Positions 18,059-26,405 of a stretch of 64,000 bases of DNA are shown piece after piece. The DNA comes from Vulcanimicrobiota bacterium (GTDB taxonomy: Bacteria; Vulcanimicrobiota; Xenobia; Xenobiales; QWHO01). Every line of letters begins with the position of its first letter. The stretch's first letter is position 1. Under the pieces are notes generated by a model that searched no databases, was not told the DNA's origin, and saw nothing but the letters and a program-made list of their open reading frames with translations. The stretch spans positions 27,497-91,496 of the forward strand of contig CAUJEN010000109.1 in NCBI GenBank assembly GCA_963169765.1, given 5' to 3'. The translations under genes and the position numbers were made by a program.

Positions 18059-18271
18059 ATGGCTTCGTTGCTTGCCTGGCGAGATTTTCGCTACCTGGCC
18101 AGGTCAGAAGGCCTGGCCCTGGTGGTCGTTTTCGGCTCCGCGGCCAGGGGAGTCGACCATCCTCGCGACCTCGACCTGGGCACTCTGCACAGCACCTTGA
18201 AGCACTCGATCCCCGACTGGAAGGCCTACCTGGCCGACCTGACCGCGCACCTGTCCGGCCCCACCACCTGA
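18059..18271 (+). CDS. short nucleotidyltransferase-domain (MNT-like) protein, possibly truncated
   Basis: LVVVFGSAARGVDHPRDLDLG fits the GSxxRG...DxD minimal NTase motif. It is only 70 aa and its 3' end overlaps the convergent ORF. Confidence 0.45.
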   Translation: MASLLAWRDFRYLARSEGLALVVVFGSAARGVDHPRDLDLGTLHSTLKHSIPDWKAYLADLTAHLSGPTT

Positions 18272-18717
18272 CAGGCGCGCTCCACCAGAGCGGCGCCGCA
18301 GTTGCAGCAGATCGTTCCCTTGTTGTGGACCCCGTCGCAGTAATCGCAATACCAGAGGCGCGGCAGGTGTTGCTCGAAGATGTAGGCCTGCTCATGCTGA
18401 TAGCAAACTCCACGCCGGGCCAGAGTGCTCAGCACAGCCTCGCAGTCGCTCCAACTGGCCCTCAGCTCGCTGGTCGCGTCGGCCAGGCTCAAAATACCCT
18501 GGCGTTGCCGGGCCAGCCTCAGCAAGGAGCCCTCCAGACGCTGGCGTCGGGCCACTTGCTGGATCAGCGTGGAGACGCCCCAGCGCAGCAGCGCGGCGCC
18601 CACATGGAAAGTGGCCCTGTAAAGCGGCTCGGGAAGGCGGGCCTGCTCGGGCCGTGGCTCGGGCTTCTTCGCCTCCTGGCGGGGTCGGAAGACTTCGGGT
18701 CTAAAGAGGCACAACAT
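18226..18717 (-). CDS. hypothetical protein with a C-terminal zinc ribbon
   Basis: WYCDYCDGVHNKGTICCNCGA (CxxC...CxxC). No family recognised. Confidence 0.45.
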   Translation of the reverse strand: MLCLFRPEVFRPRQEAKKPEPRPEQARLPEPLYRATFHVGAALLRWGVSTLIQQVARRQRLEGSLLRLARQRQGILSLADATSELRASWSDCEAVLSTLARRGVCYQHEQAYIFEQHLPRLWYCDYCDGVHNKGTICCNCGAALVERACQVVGPDRCAVRSAR

Positions 18718-18808
18718 AGTTTCAATCTAGGGCCAACTGCCCGGTTGGCACCGTAACCGCGCTTACAGATCCGGTGTCGGCGCGGTCACACCAGCTGACC
18801 TGGGGCGC

Positions 18809-20128
18809 ATGCGCACTCAACTCCCCGGCCCAACCGGCAGGGGACCTCCTCCCGGCGCGGAACCGGGCCGGGTGAATCGTGCCTGGCTGTGGGTGCCCAC
18901 CCTGTATTTCGCCGAGAGCATCCCCAACGCGGTGGTCTCGGACACGGCCAAGTTCCTCTACAACGACCTGGGCGTCGACGCTATCCAGCTCGGCCTGATC
19001 ACCGGCTCGATGTACCTGCCCTGGGTGCTCAAGCCTCTCTGGAGCCCCATGGTCGACCTGGTCAAGACCAAGCGCTGGTGGATCGTCGCCATGCAGCTGG
19101 TGCTGGCGGCCTGCTTCTTTGCCCTGGCCGCCACCCTGCACTTGCCCAACTGGCTCTTTTTGAGCGCCGCCGTGCTCTGGGTCATGGCCTTCACCTCGGC
19201 CACCCACGACATTGCCGCCGACGGCTTCTACATGCTGGGGTTGGACGAGCGCGATCAGGCTCAGTTCACGGGCGTGCGGGCCACCGCCTACCGGCTGGCC
19301 ATGCTGTGCGCCAAGGGGTTCATGGTGGCTGCGGCTGGCCGCCTGACCCTGAGCATGGGCAAGCTGCAGGGCTGGTCCACCGTGCTTTGCATTCCGGCCG
19401 CCGCCTTCGTGGCCGTGGCCGTCTACCACCTGGTGGCGCTGCCCCGACCCCCATCCGACCGGCCGGTGCGCGAGGAGAACTTCCTGGCCGGCTACCTGGA
19501 GAGCTTCCGCACCTTCTTCGCCAAGCCCGCCATCCAGAAGGCCATCGCCTTCATGCTCTTGTTCCGCTTCGCCGAGGCCCAGCTGCTGGCCATGGTGGCC
19601 CCCTTCCTGACCGGCCCCCATGCCAAAGGCGGCCTGGCCCTGAGCACCGAGCAGGTGGGCATCGCCTATGGCACCTACGGCGTGCTGGGCATCATCTGCG
19701 GGGGTATCCTGGCTGGCTTTCTGGTGGCTCGCTTCGGGCTGAGAAAGCTCTTCTGGATCCTGATCGTGACCATGCACCTGCCCAATGCGGCCTTCCTCTA
19801 CCTGGCCGTGGCCCAGCCCGACAACCTGGTGCTCATCAGCGCCTTCCTGTTCCTGGAGCAGTTCGGCTACGGCTTCGGCTTCACCGCTTATATGCTCTAT
19901 TTGATGTACTTCGCCAAAGGGGATCGCCAGACGTCCCACTACGCCATCTGCACCGGCTTCATGGCCTTGAGCTTGATGCTGCCCCAGATGGTTTCCGGCT
20001 ACGTCAAGACGGCCCTGGGCTTTCAGGGATTCTTCCTCTACATCCTGATCTGCACGCTGCCCAGCTTCTGGGTGGCCTGGCTGGCCTGGCGCGACCGCGA
20101 GTTCATCGCCACCTTCTCCGACAAGTGA
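18809..20128 (+). CDS. MFS transporter, AmpG / PAT-family-like
   Basis: About 12 predicted hydrophobic helices. The N-terminal WVPTLYFAESIPNAVV...YLPWVLKPLWSPMVD resembles AmpG-family permeases. Confidence 0.78.
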   Translation: MRTQLPGPTGRGPPPGAEPGRVNRAWLWVPTLYFAESIPNAVVSDTAKFLYNDLGVDAIQLGLITGSMYLPWVLKPLWSPMVDLVKTKRWWIVAMQLVLAACFFALAATLHLPNWLFLSAAVLWVMAFTSATHDIAADGFYMLGLDERDQAQFTGVRATAYRLAMLCAKGFMVAAAGRLTLSMGKLQGWSTVLCIPAAAFVAVAVYHLVALPRPPSDRPVREENFLAGYLESFRTFFAKPAIQKAIAFMLLFRFAEAQLLAMVAPFLTGPHAKGGLALSTEQVGIAYGTYGVLGIICGGILAGFLVARFGLRKLFWILIVTMHLPNAAFLYLAVAQPDNLVLISAFLFLEQFGYGFGFTAYMLYLMYFAKGDRQTSHYAICTGFMALSLMLPQMVSGYVKTALGFQGFFLYILICTLPSFWVAWLAWRDREFIATFSDK

Positions 20129-20961
20129 TCCGAGCGCTCCGAGAGCAAGACGATCCGGCCCTGCTCGAGCTCTTGCAGCGCAGCTTGCGCTTTGACACCC
20201 TCACCGCCCCGCTCTTGCACGAGAAGGTGCGCGAAGACCCGGGTACCTCCCTGGTGTGGGACGAGGGCGCACTGCTCGGCTTTTGCCACGGGGTTGCGCG
20301 TGGCTCCATCAAGCTGATCGCCGTCCACCCCGAGCATCGCCGCCGGGGCATCGGCTCAGAGCTCTTGCAGGCCGTGGAGCGCTCGCTCAGGGCCAGAAAG
20401 CTGCGGGCCATCGAGAGTGTGCCCAACTACCTCGTGCCCGGCCTGGACGTGCGTTCTACCGAGGCTGTCTTGTTCTTCGAAAAGCACGGCTACGAGAAGT
20501 TCGGCGAGTGCTACAACCTCTGCTGCGAGCTGGCCGGCCGCGACTTTGCCCGACCCACCCCGGCGGGCTTCGAGGTCCGCCGGGCTACGGCTGAGGACCG
20601 CCCGGTGGTCTTGGAGTTCCTGCAGCAGCACTTTGCCCCCTGGCAGGCCGAGGTGGAGGTGATGCTGGGCAACCGGCCTATCAGCCTCCACCTCGCCTTC
20701 TCGGGCCCCGAGTTGCTCGGCTTTGCCGGCTACGACGCCAACAACCGGGGCACGGGCTGGTTCGGCCCCATGGGCACCAGCCCTGAGCACCGCGGAGCCG
20801 GCCTGGGCGGGGTGCTGCTCTCTCGCTGCCTGCAGGACTTTCAAGCCCAGGGCCTGGAGCGCTGCACCATCCCCTGGGTGGGGCCCTTCCGCTTTTACGC
20901 CCGCGCCTGCGGCGCGTTTATCGAGCGGGTCTTCTGGCGCTATGAGAAAAACCTGGGCTGA
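20125..20961 (+). CDS. GNAT family N-acetyltransferase (two acetyltransferase-like halves)
   Basis: IAVHPEHRRRGIGSELL and PMGTSPEHRGAGLGGVLL are two Q/RxxGxG/A motifs. The GTG start overlaps the transporter stop in GTGA. Confidence 0.82.
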   Translation: MIRALREQDDPALLELLQRSLRFDTLTAPLLHEKVREDPGTSLVWDEGALLGFCHGVARGSIKLIAVHPEHRRRGIGSELLQAVERSLRARKLRAIESVPNYLVPGLDVRSTEAVLFFEKHGYEKFGECYNLCCELAGRDFARPTPAGFEVRRATAEDRPVVLEFLQQHFAPWQAEVEVMLGNRPISLHLAFSGPELLGFAGYDANNRGTGWFGPMGTSPEHRGAGLGGVLLSRCLQDFQAQGLERCTIPWVGPFRFYARACGAFIERVFWRYEKNLG

Positions 20962-21250
20962 GGCTGATGCCCTGCAGTCTTACTGCTTCAACAGCTGGAA
21001 AATCCACCCGGCCTTCTCGTGGGTATAGGGATAGCTGAATCGTCGGATCGACGTGGAACCATCCATCCTTGACGCGACCCATGATGATGTACTGATCGCC
21101 GACCTTCGGTTGCGCCCCGTCCCCAAAGGCCTCCAGACTCCGACCCGTCTTCAGGTTTCCCCGGTGCACGTTCTGGATCTGCATCTGCATCTGGTAAGTG
21201 CTCGGGCCGTCGCCGGAAATCGTCCTCCTGGTCACGTAAACGTCCAGCAC
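20918..21250 (-). CDS. hypothetical protein (110 aa); start and extent uncertain
   Basis: ORF with a GTG start and no signal peptide. It is in the same frame as the upstream ORF 21320..21664, separated by one TGA. Its 3' end overlaps the GNAT gene by 44 nt. Confidence 0.35.
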   Translation of the reverse strand: MLDVYVTRRTISGDGPSTYQMQMQIQNVHRGNLKTGRSLEAFGDGAQPKVGDQYIIMGRVKDGWFHVDPTIQLSLYPREGRVDFPAVEAVRLQGISLSPGFSHSARRPAR

Positions 21251-21319
21251 GTCGTCCTGGCGGTGGCACCTGACCTGGGCCTGCCCGATTCGGCGGGGGC
21301 GGCCGGCGAGCGAGCGAGG

Positions 21320-21664
21320 TCAGCGAGGCGGCGGTGGGGGCAAGAGATCCACCAGCAGGGCCCTGGGCAACTCACCGCCCTCGACGTCGAAGACCACCAC
21401 AAGGCTTCCCACCTGCACCGCCTCTCGGCCCACCTGGGTGCGGCCCACCCGATAGTGCGTTCCGGTTTCGAGCAGCACCGTCTTGCGCCAGCCTGAGGGC
21501 GCCTCCAGCTCCATCCGGTCGGCTCCAAGTGAGCGCACGCGGGCGGGTGGGTCGTGGGGGGGAGGCACCGGACGGCGGTGCGGTCCCCCCTGTTTCAAGA
21601 TCGAGGTGGCCGCGACCGCCACGATGACGGCCAGCAGGCCGAGGAAAAAGCGAGAGCGTGGCAT
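21320..21664 (-). CDS. small membrane-anchored or secreted hypothetical protein
   Basis: MPRSRFFLGLLAVIVAVAATSIL is a signal anchor, followed by a short beta-rich domain and a poly-Pro end. Confidence 0.5.
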   Translation of the reverse strand: MPRSRFFLGLLAVIVAVAATSILKQGGPHRRPVPPPHDPPARVRSLGADRMELEAPSGWRKTVLLETGTHYRVGRTQVGREAVQVGSLVVVFDVEGGELPRALLVDLLPPPPPR

Positions 21665-21712
21665 TTTGCATTCCTCCTTTTCTTCATTGTAGAGGAGGAA
21701 GGTAAAGAAACT

Positions 21713-22438
21713 TCAGGGGTTGGGCCCCTGAGTGAAATACTCCAGGTCGCTCCAGACGGCCCGCACTCCCACCTCGGTGCCGCGGGGCACCACGAACTCG
21801 CTCACCCCCAAGTGGTTTGCAGAGCCCCAGTCGTAGGTGTAGCCCAGGCGGGTCCAGGGGTAGGGTGCGGGCCCCCGGTAGCAGCTTTCGCGACGATTCT
21901 CAAACCAGGCTCGATAGCTGTCGTTAACGCCGTCAGGGAATTCGAGCCCGGCCTCGCGGTCGGTGACCTCGGGATCGGGGCTCGGCCGCACCATGGTCTC
22001 AGGCCAGGCCCAGAGCTCGACCAGGCGATTCTTGCCCGTTCCAGGAGGCAGCCCCAGCAGCTGCTCGAGTCGCCCCACGGTGGGGGTGATGGCCCGTGAG
22101 CGGAACCAGGTGGCCACGGCCGGCACGGGGGTCACGAAGCTATCCTCGGCCAGCACCAGGTCCTGGCCCACAAAGCGATCGAATTGAGCGCCGGATACCC
22201 AGCGCAACATCAAGACCCGCGAGCGCCCGCACTCGCCTTCCCAGACCAGCTCGTCCTGGTCGGCCGTGAGGGCTACCAGCTGGCGGCAGATCTCGTCTGG
22301 CTCGGCTCGCTCGGCATCGCGCACCGCTTCGAGATAGGCCGGCTCGAGATAGTTCTGGGCCAGGCCGAGGCTGGCCAGCAGCAGCCAGAAGAGCAACCAG
22401 GCCCGAACACGGATTGCGCGCTCAGGGTCGAACTTCAT
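21713..22438 (-). CDS. secreted hypothetical protein
   Basis: Signal peptide AWLLFWLLLASLGLAQN. GGGGAG lies 9 nt upstream of the ATG. GC3-rich frame. Confidence 0.7.
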   Translation of the reverse strand: MKFDPERAIRVRAWLLFWLLLASLGLAQNYLEPAYLEAVRDAERAEPDEICRQLVALTADQDELVWEGECGRSRVLMLRWVSGAQFDRFVGQDLVLAEDSFVTPVPAVATWFRSRAITPTVGRLEQLLGLPPGTGKNRLVELWAWPETMVRPSPDPEVTDREAGLEFPDGVNDSYRAWFENRRESCYRGPAPYPWTRLGYTYDWGSANHLGVSEFVVPRGTEVGVRAVWSDLEYFTQGPNP

Positions 22439-22567
22439 TTAACACAGCTCCCCGATTCACGCGGCAAAGGCCCGCCTCGGTAGTTTTCTGCAACCAGGCC
22501 GCCTGCACAATCTCTCTGCGGGCCGCGCCCGAGGCTCCTTTCCACCGGTTTTTCCCCTGCATCTGCC

Positions 22568-23899
22568 TCACAGCCCATCGATCAGCTCGCGCAGCTTGTC
22601 GACCGTGGGATGGCTTCGGCCCAGAAGGCTCTCCTGCAGGATCAGGGCTTCGGCCAGATAGAGCCGGCCCTCGCGCGGGTAGCCCTGCGAGGCCGAGTAG
22701 CGGCCCATGGACTCGAAGAAGGCGGCCCTTGCCTGGCGCGTGCCCAACCCCTGGGCCGCCACCAGCTCCTGGACGTGTCCCTCCAGCTGGCGCGGAGGGA
22801 TGCGCAACTGCTGAAGCACCTGCACCAGACCCTGGAGCAGCGCGACCGAACGTTCCGGGGCCAGTTGCAGGGCCCTCTGGTAGTGGGTCCGGGCGTCCAG
22901 CAGCCGGTTCTCGGCCACGGCCTTCTCGGCCGCTGCCACGATCAGCCTCAAGTTGGGCCCCTCGAGCTTCTCGCGGGCCTGCAGCAGCCGCTCAAGCTGG
23001 CTCAGCCTGGCTCGCTCGAGCTGGGACTCGAGGTAGGCCGAGGCTCGCTCCAGCTGAGCCGGGCTCATCTCGGGCAGGCGCTCCCAGAGCAAGTTGCGCA
23101 GCTCGCGCAGGGCCTCCTTGATTTGCCCGGTCAGCTCTTGAAAGCGCCGGTCCTCGGCCACCCCGTCCAGCTCCTGCTTGAGCTTCAGGGCCGAGGTCCA
23201 GACCACGGCTCTGATTCCGCGGGTAGGGGGGGCCTCGAAGGCCAGTCCGTCCACCACCAGCACGGTCTTGGAGGCGACCTCATTCCCGGTCAGGCCCAGT
23301 GCGGCCACGAAGTCGCCCCCCGGAGCCGGTCGGCTCTCCACCTGGGCTCGCGCGGGGCGGTAGAAAGGCATTCCCTCCACCGGTCCCCACAACAGAACGG
23401 CCAGGCATCCCTTGAGGTCGAAGCGTCCCCGCACCGGGGTCCCCCCCACCGAGACAGGGATGGGGCAAAGCTGGCAGAAGCTCTTCAGGCAGCGGTCCTC
23501 GCGGTGGACCGGGCGGCTGAGCATTCGCTTGACGATCGCCGGCCGGCAGTCGAGCTCGAAGACGACGTCGCTGCAGGGTTGGCTGAGCACCGCCCGTAGC
23601 TCGCCTCGCACGCGCAGCAGTGTGCCCGAGCTCTGCAGCCTGATCTCGCGGGGCTGCAGCCGGGAGGCCAGAGCCACGGCTCGGGCCAGGGCGCCCTCGG
23701 GTCCCGGAGCCTCGAGGCACTCCGACAATCGCTCGATGGTGGTGGACCCCACCTCCAGGCCGGGCAGCTCAAATCGGGTCACCCAGCCATGGTGCTCCAT
23801 GCGCACCTCGCGGGCTCCTCCGCGCAAAGCGGCTTGAACCAGGCACAGGGCGTAAAGCTCGGGATCGCACTGGCGCGGCTCCGACTCGGGTTGCTTCAT
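22568..23899 (-). CDS. hypothetical protein with a helical-repeat (TPR-like) C-terminal region
   Basis: 443-aa GC3-rich ORF. The C-terminus AENRLLDARTHYQRALQLAP...GRLYLAEALILQESLLGRSHP is TPR-like. No catalytic motif recognised. Confidence 0.68.
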   Translation of the reverse strand: MKQPESEPRQCDPELYALCLVQAALRGGAREVRMEHHGWVTRFELPGLEVGSTTIERLSECLEAPGPEGALARAVALASRLQPREIRLQSSGTLLRVRGELRAVLSQPCSDVVFELDCRPAIVKRMLSRPVHREDRCLKSFCQLCPIPVSVGGTPVRGRFDLKGCLAVLLWGPVEGMPFYRPARAQVESRPAPGGDFVAALGLTGNEVASKTVLVVDGLAFEAPPTRGIRAVVWTSALKLKQELDGVAEDRRFQELTGQIKEALRELRNLLWERLPEMSPAQLERASAYLESQLERARLSQLERLLQAREKLEGPNLRLIVAAAEKAVAENRLLDARTHYQRALQLAPERSVALLQGLVQVLQQLRIPPRQLEGHVQELVAAQGLGTRQARAAFFESMGRYSASQGYPREGRLYLAEALILQESLLGRSHPTVDKLRELIDGL

Positions 23900-23980
23900 C
23901 CGGGCGATGCTTCTCGGTGTCCGGGCTCCGCTTCCTGGTCGGGGAGGATTGCTTCAGATGCGGCGAACTTGCCGCAGCTC

Positions 23981-25051
23981 ATGGCTCGTGTGCTCTTTTA
24001 CCTTTGCCTGGTGCTATCGCTGGCCGTTCCCCTGGTGGCTCAAGAGCCTCACCGCCGTCTCAAAATCGGCCTTGTGGGCACGCCCCCCTTCGTGCTCTAC
24101 GAGAGCCAGAGGCCGACCGGTATCGCGGTGGAGCTGTGGGAGGAGATGGCCGACCGCTTGAAGCTAGAGTACGACTATCACCACGTCGAAAGTCAGCACC
24201 GCGGCCTGGAGGACCTCAGCCACAACGAGCTCGACGTCCTGGTCGGAACGCTGAGTATCACGGCCGAGCGCGAGCGCGTGGTGGACTTCACCCAGCCCTA
24301 TTATCAGTCCACCGTGGCCATCCTCTCGCCCATGAAGGGCAGCACCTGGGATCGGCTGCGTCCGGTGGCTCGAACGGCCGCCATTTATGGCCTGGCAGTC
24401 ATTTTCCTGGCTCTGCTCCTGGTGGGCTCCCTGCTCTGGTTGCTCGAGCGGGGAACCAACAAGCAGTTCCCGGAAACTCCCGGCCCTGGCATCGCCACCG
24501 GGTTCTGGCTGGCCCTGGTGACCATGTCCACGGTCGGCTACGGTGACCGGGTACCGGTCACGCCGGGCGGGCGGGTGGTGAGCTCGGTCTGGATTCTCCT
24601 CTCCATGCTGATCGTCGGCTCTCTTGTGGCTGGAATCTCCAGCTCGCTGACACTCAGCCAGATCAACGCCAATCCCATTGAGAAACCCGCTCAACTTGAG
24701 GACCTGCGGGTAGCCACGGTGGCGGGCAGCTTCTTCGAGGGTGTGGTGGGTCGTTACACCGACCGCGTGGTGCTCAGGCCCGGTCTGGACGCGGCCATCG
24801 CGGCGGTGTTGGAAGGCAAGGCCGACTGTGTCGTGTTCGACCGGCCCAGCCTGAGCTATTTCCTGGCCAAGTATCCGGAGCTGCCGCTCCACCTCAGCTC
24901 GTTTCCCTTCGAGCCCCAGAATTACGGCTTTGGCCTGCCTCCCGACTTTGAGCTGACGAACGATTTGAACATCGTTTTGCTGGCCATCATCGAGTCGGGC
25001 CGCCTGAGGCAGATCGAGAGTCGCTGGCAGAGCAGCCTGGAGGGGGAGTGA
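23981..25051 (+). CDS. GluR0-type ligand-gated potassium channel (periplasmic binding-protein fold interrupted by a K+ channel pore)
   Basis: Signal peptide MARVLFYLCLVLSLAVPLVAQE; SBP lobe 1 (IGLVGTPPFV...VDFTQPYY); TM helix; pore helix and filter FWLALVTMSTVGYGDRVP (TVGYGD at 24530-24547); second TM helix; SBP lobe 2 (RVATVAGSFFE...FDRPSLSYF...YGFGLP). Confidence 0.85.
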   Translation: MARVLFYLCLVLSLAVPLVAQEPHRRLKIGLVGTPPFVLYESQRPTGIAVELWEEMADRLKLEYDYHHVESQHRGLEDLSHNELDVLVGTLSITAERERVVDFTQPYYQSTVAILSPMKGSTWDRLRPVARTAAIYGLAVIFLALLLVGSLLWLLERGTNKQFPETPGPGIATGFWLALVTMSTVGYGDRVPVTPGGRVVSSVWILLSMLIVGSLVAGISSSLTLSQINANPIEKPAQLEDLRVATVAGSFFEGVVGRYTDRVVLRPGLDAAIAAVLEGKADCVVFDRPSLSYFLAKYPELPLHLSSFPFEPQNYGFGLPPDFELTNDLNIVLLAIIESGRLRQIESRWQSSLEGE

Positions 25052-25112
25052 GCAGGTGCCCCGTGCCTGGTTCAGGAACCTGGCCTTATTCATGGAAAGG
25101 AGGTCCCCTCGA

Positions 25113-25835
25113 ATGCGGCGATGGATCTCCTGCCTCGCTCTGGTCCTGGGACTGGTCCTGGTGGCCGGTCCGGCCTGGGGTGAGCAGGTCTACATTCGCA
25201 ACAAGCCCTTCAAAGGAGCGGTGTCGGGCAAAGGGCCCGCGACCGCCGTTGAGTTGCAGGCCCTGGTTGCAGCGCTAGGTTTCCAGTTGACCGAGGTGCA
25301 GGGCAACTGGGTGGTCACCGCTGAGGGTGAAACGGCGGCTTTGCCGACCGACGCCAGCGGCACCGGACAGGTCTACTATCAGGGCAAGCCCATCGCGACG
25401 GCCGACCAGGCGGGAGCCACCCTGGTGCCGCTGATCCCCACGGCTCAGGCCCTGGGCGCGGTGGCCAGGCACAACAAGGACATGGGCAGCATCGACGTCA
25501 ACCTGCCGGTGAAGTCGGTCAGCAGCACAGGCTCTTCGCCGGCCAGCTCTGGCGGTGGGACCAGGCTGATCAACTTCTGGGCCAGTTGGTGAGGGCCGTG
25601 TCGGCGCTTCAAGCCGACCCTGGCTCAGTTTGAGTCAGCCCAGAACGTGCCCATCGAGTACATCAACGTCGACGACGCAAACCAGATGAAGAAATACCCC
25701 GACCTTGCCAAGCAGGTCCGGGGCATCCCGGCCACCTTCGTGGTCGACTCAAGCGGTAAAGTGCTGACCTTCTTCGCGGGAGGGTTGGACTACAACGCGC
25801 TGGTGGCCAGGTATAAGCAAGCCACCAAGAAGTGA
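25113..25835 (+). CDS. exported thioredoxin-fold protein with in-frame TGA at the first Cys of WCGPC (candidate selenoprotein, or a nonsense pseudogene)
   Basis: AAGGAGG lies 9 nt upstream of ATG 25113. Signal peptide MRRWISCLALVLGLVLVAGPAWG. Track ORFs 25056..25592 and 25647..25835 share a frame. Reading through TGA 25590-25592 gives LINFWASW-TGA-GPCRRFKPTLAQFE...VRGIPATFVVDSSGKVLTFFAGG. Confidence 0.6.
25593..25626 (+). promoter_or_regulatory. SECIS-like stem-loop directly 3' of the in-frame UGA
   Basis: Upper stem GTCGGC (25600-25605) / GCCGAC (25613-25618) with loop GCUUCAA. Lower stem GGGCC (25593-25597) / GGCTC (25622-25626, one G-U pair), with a small internal loop. The apical loop starts 14 nt after the UGA. 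Confidence 0.45.
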
Positions 25836-25836
25836 G

Positions 25837-25867
25837 AAAAAGCGCGCCGGGGGGGGGCGCGCTTTTT
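25837..25867 (+). terminator. rho-independent terminator
   Basis: AAAAAGCGCGCC (25837-25848), a G7 loop, then GGCGCGCTTTTT (25856-25867). It lies directly after the stop at 25835. Confidence 0.8.
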
Positions 25868-25913
25868 CCTTGGAGCTCGCAACCAGGTCAGCCTGGGGGA
25901 GGCGACCATCAAA

Positions 25914-26140
25914 GTGTCCCAGAGAACATTGGAGCTTCCAGGATCTCGGTCAACGTTCTTCCAGCGGCTGGCTGCCCACGGACCCTTTGTTGTGCTCCCG
26001 ATCACGCTCAGTCAAGCGGCTGAGGTCTGTTCTCTGCCTCCCGTGCACACCGACCCGTTCGAACCGGTCGCTGATCGCCCAGGCTCGCAGCGAGGGGACG
26101 ATAGTGTCGCAAGACCCGGTGTTCTGCAAGTACCTCTGCC
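25914..26140 (+). pseudogene. PIN-domain (VapC-like) toxin remnant, N-terminally truncated and frameshifted
   Basis: ...GPFVVLPITLSQAAEVCSLPPVHTDPFE, then after a 1-nt shift near 26062, RSLIAQARSEGTIVSQDPVFCKY. This matches the C-terminal PIN pattern LP.hH.DPFDR.LIAQA..e....vs.D..f..Y. There is no N-terminal Asp region; a terminator lies directly upstream. Confidence 0.45.
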
Positions 26141-26218
26141 GGGACTCATTGGCTGAGCACGGCGGCCTCGGGCAGGCCCTGAGGGCTGAATCTCCTCAGC
26201 AGGGAACGCTGCTCGGGC

Positions 26219-26386
26219 TCAAGCCTCGGTCTGGTTCTGGCTCTCCTCTTCCGGCTCGCCTTCCGCGTCGGTGGGTTGGGGTGGGTTGTTCTTCTTGTTC
26301 TGGCGGGCAGTGCGCTTGGCCTCGGCCTTCTCGCGACGGGCCTGCTCTTTTTGTCGTTTCAAAAATGATGGATTGGGCTTTGCCAT
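26219..26386 (-). CDS. small Lys/Arg/Glu-rich ORF (55 aa) just downstream of the DEAD-box helicase; below the ORF-track cutoff
   Basis: ATG at 26386 is preceded by GAAGGAA. It encodes MAKPNPSFLKRQKEQARREKAEAKRTARQNKKNNPPQPTDAEGEPEEESQNQTEA. GC3 is better than in the other frames. It starts 19 nt after the helicase stop. Confidence 0.4.
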   Translation of the reverse strand: MAKPNPSFLKRQKEQARREKAEAKRTARQNKKNNPPQPTDAEGEPEEESQNQTEA

Positions 26387-26405
26387 GGGCGGTTTCCTTC
26401 TTTCT

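Noticed and set aside
21250-21322. In-frame TGA (21320-21322) between ORFs 21320..21664 and 20918..21250 as a third recoding site
   Set aside because: Adjacent same-strand ORFs share a frame one time in three. Stop-free stretches are common at this GC content. I found no convincing hairpin after this TGA and no sequence continuity argument. I kept them as two low-confidence ORFs.
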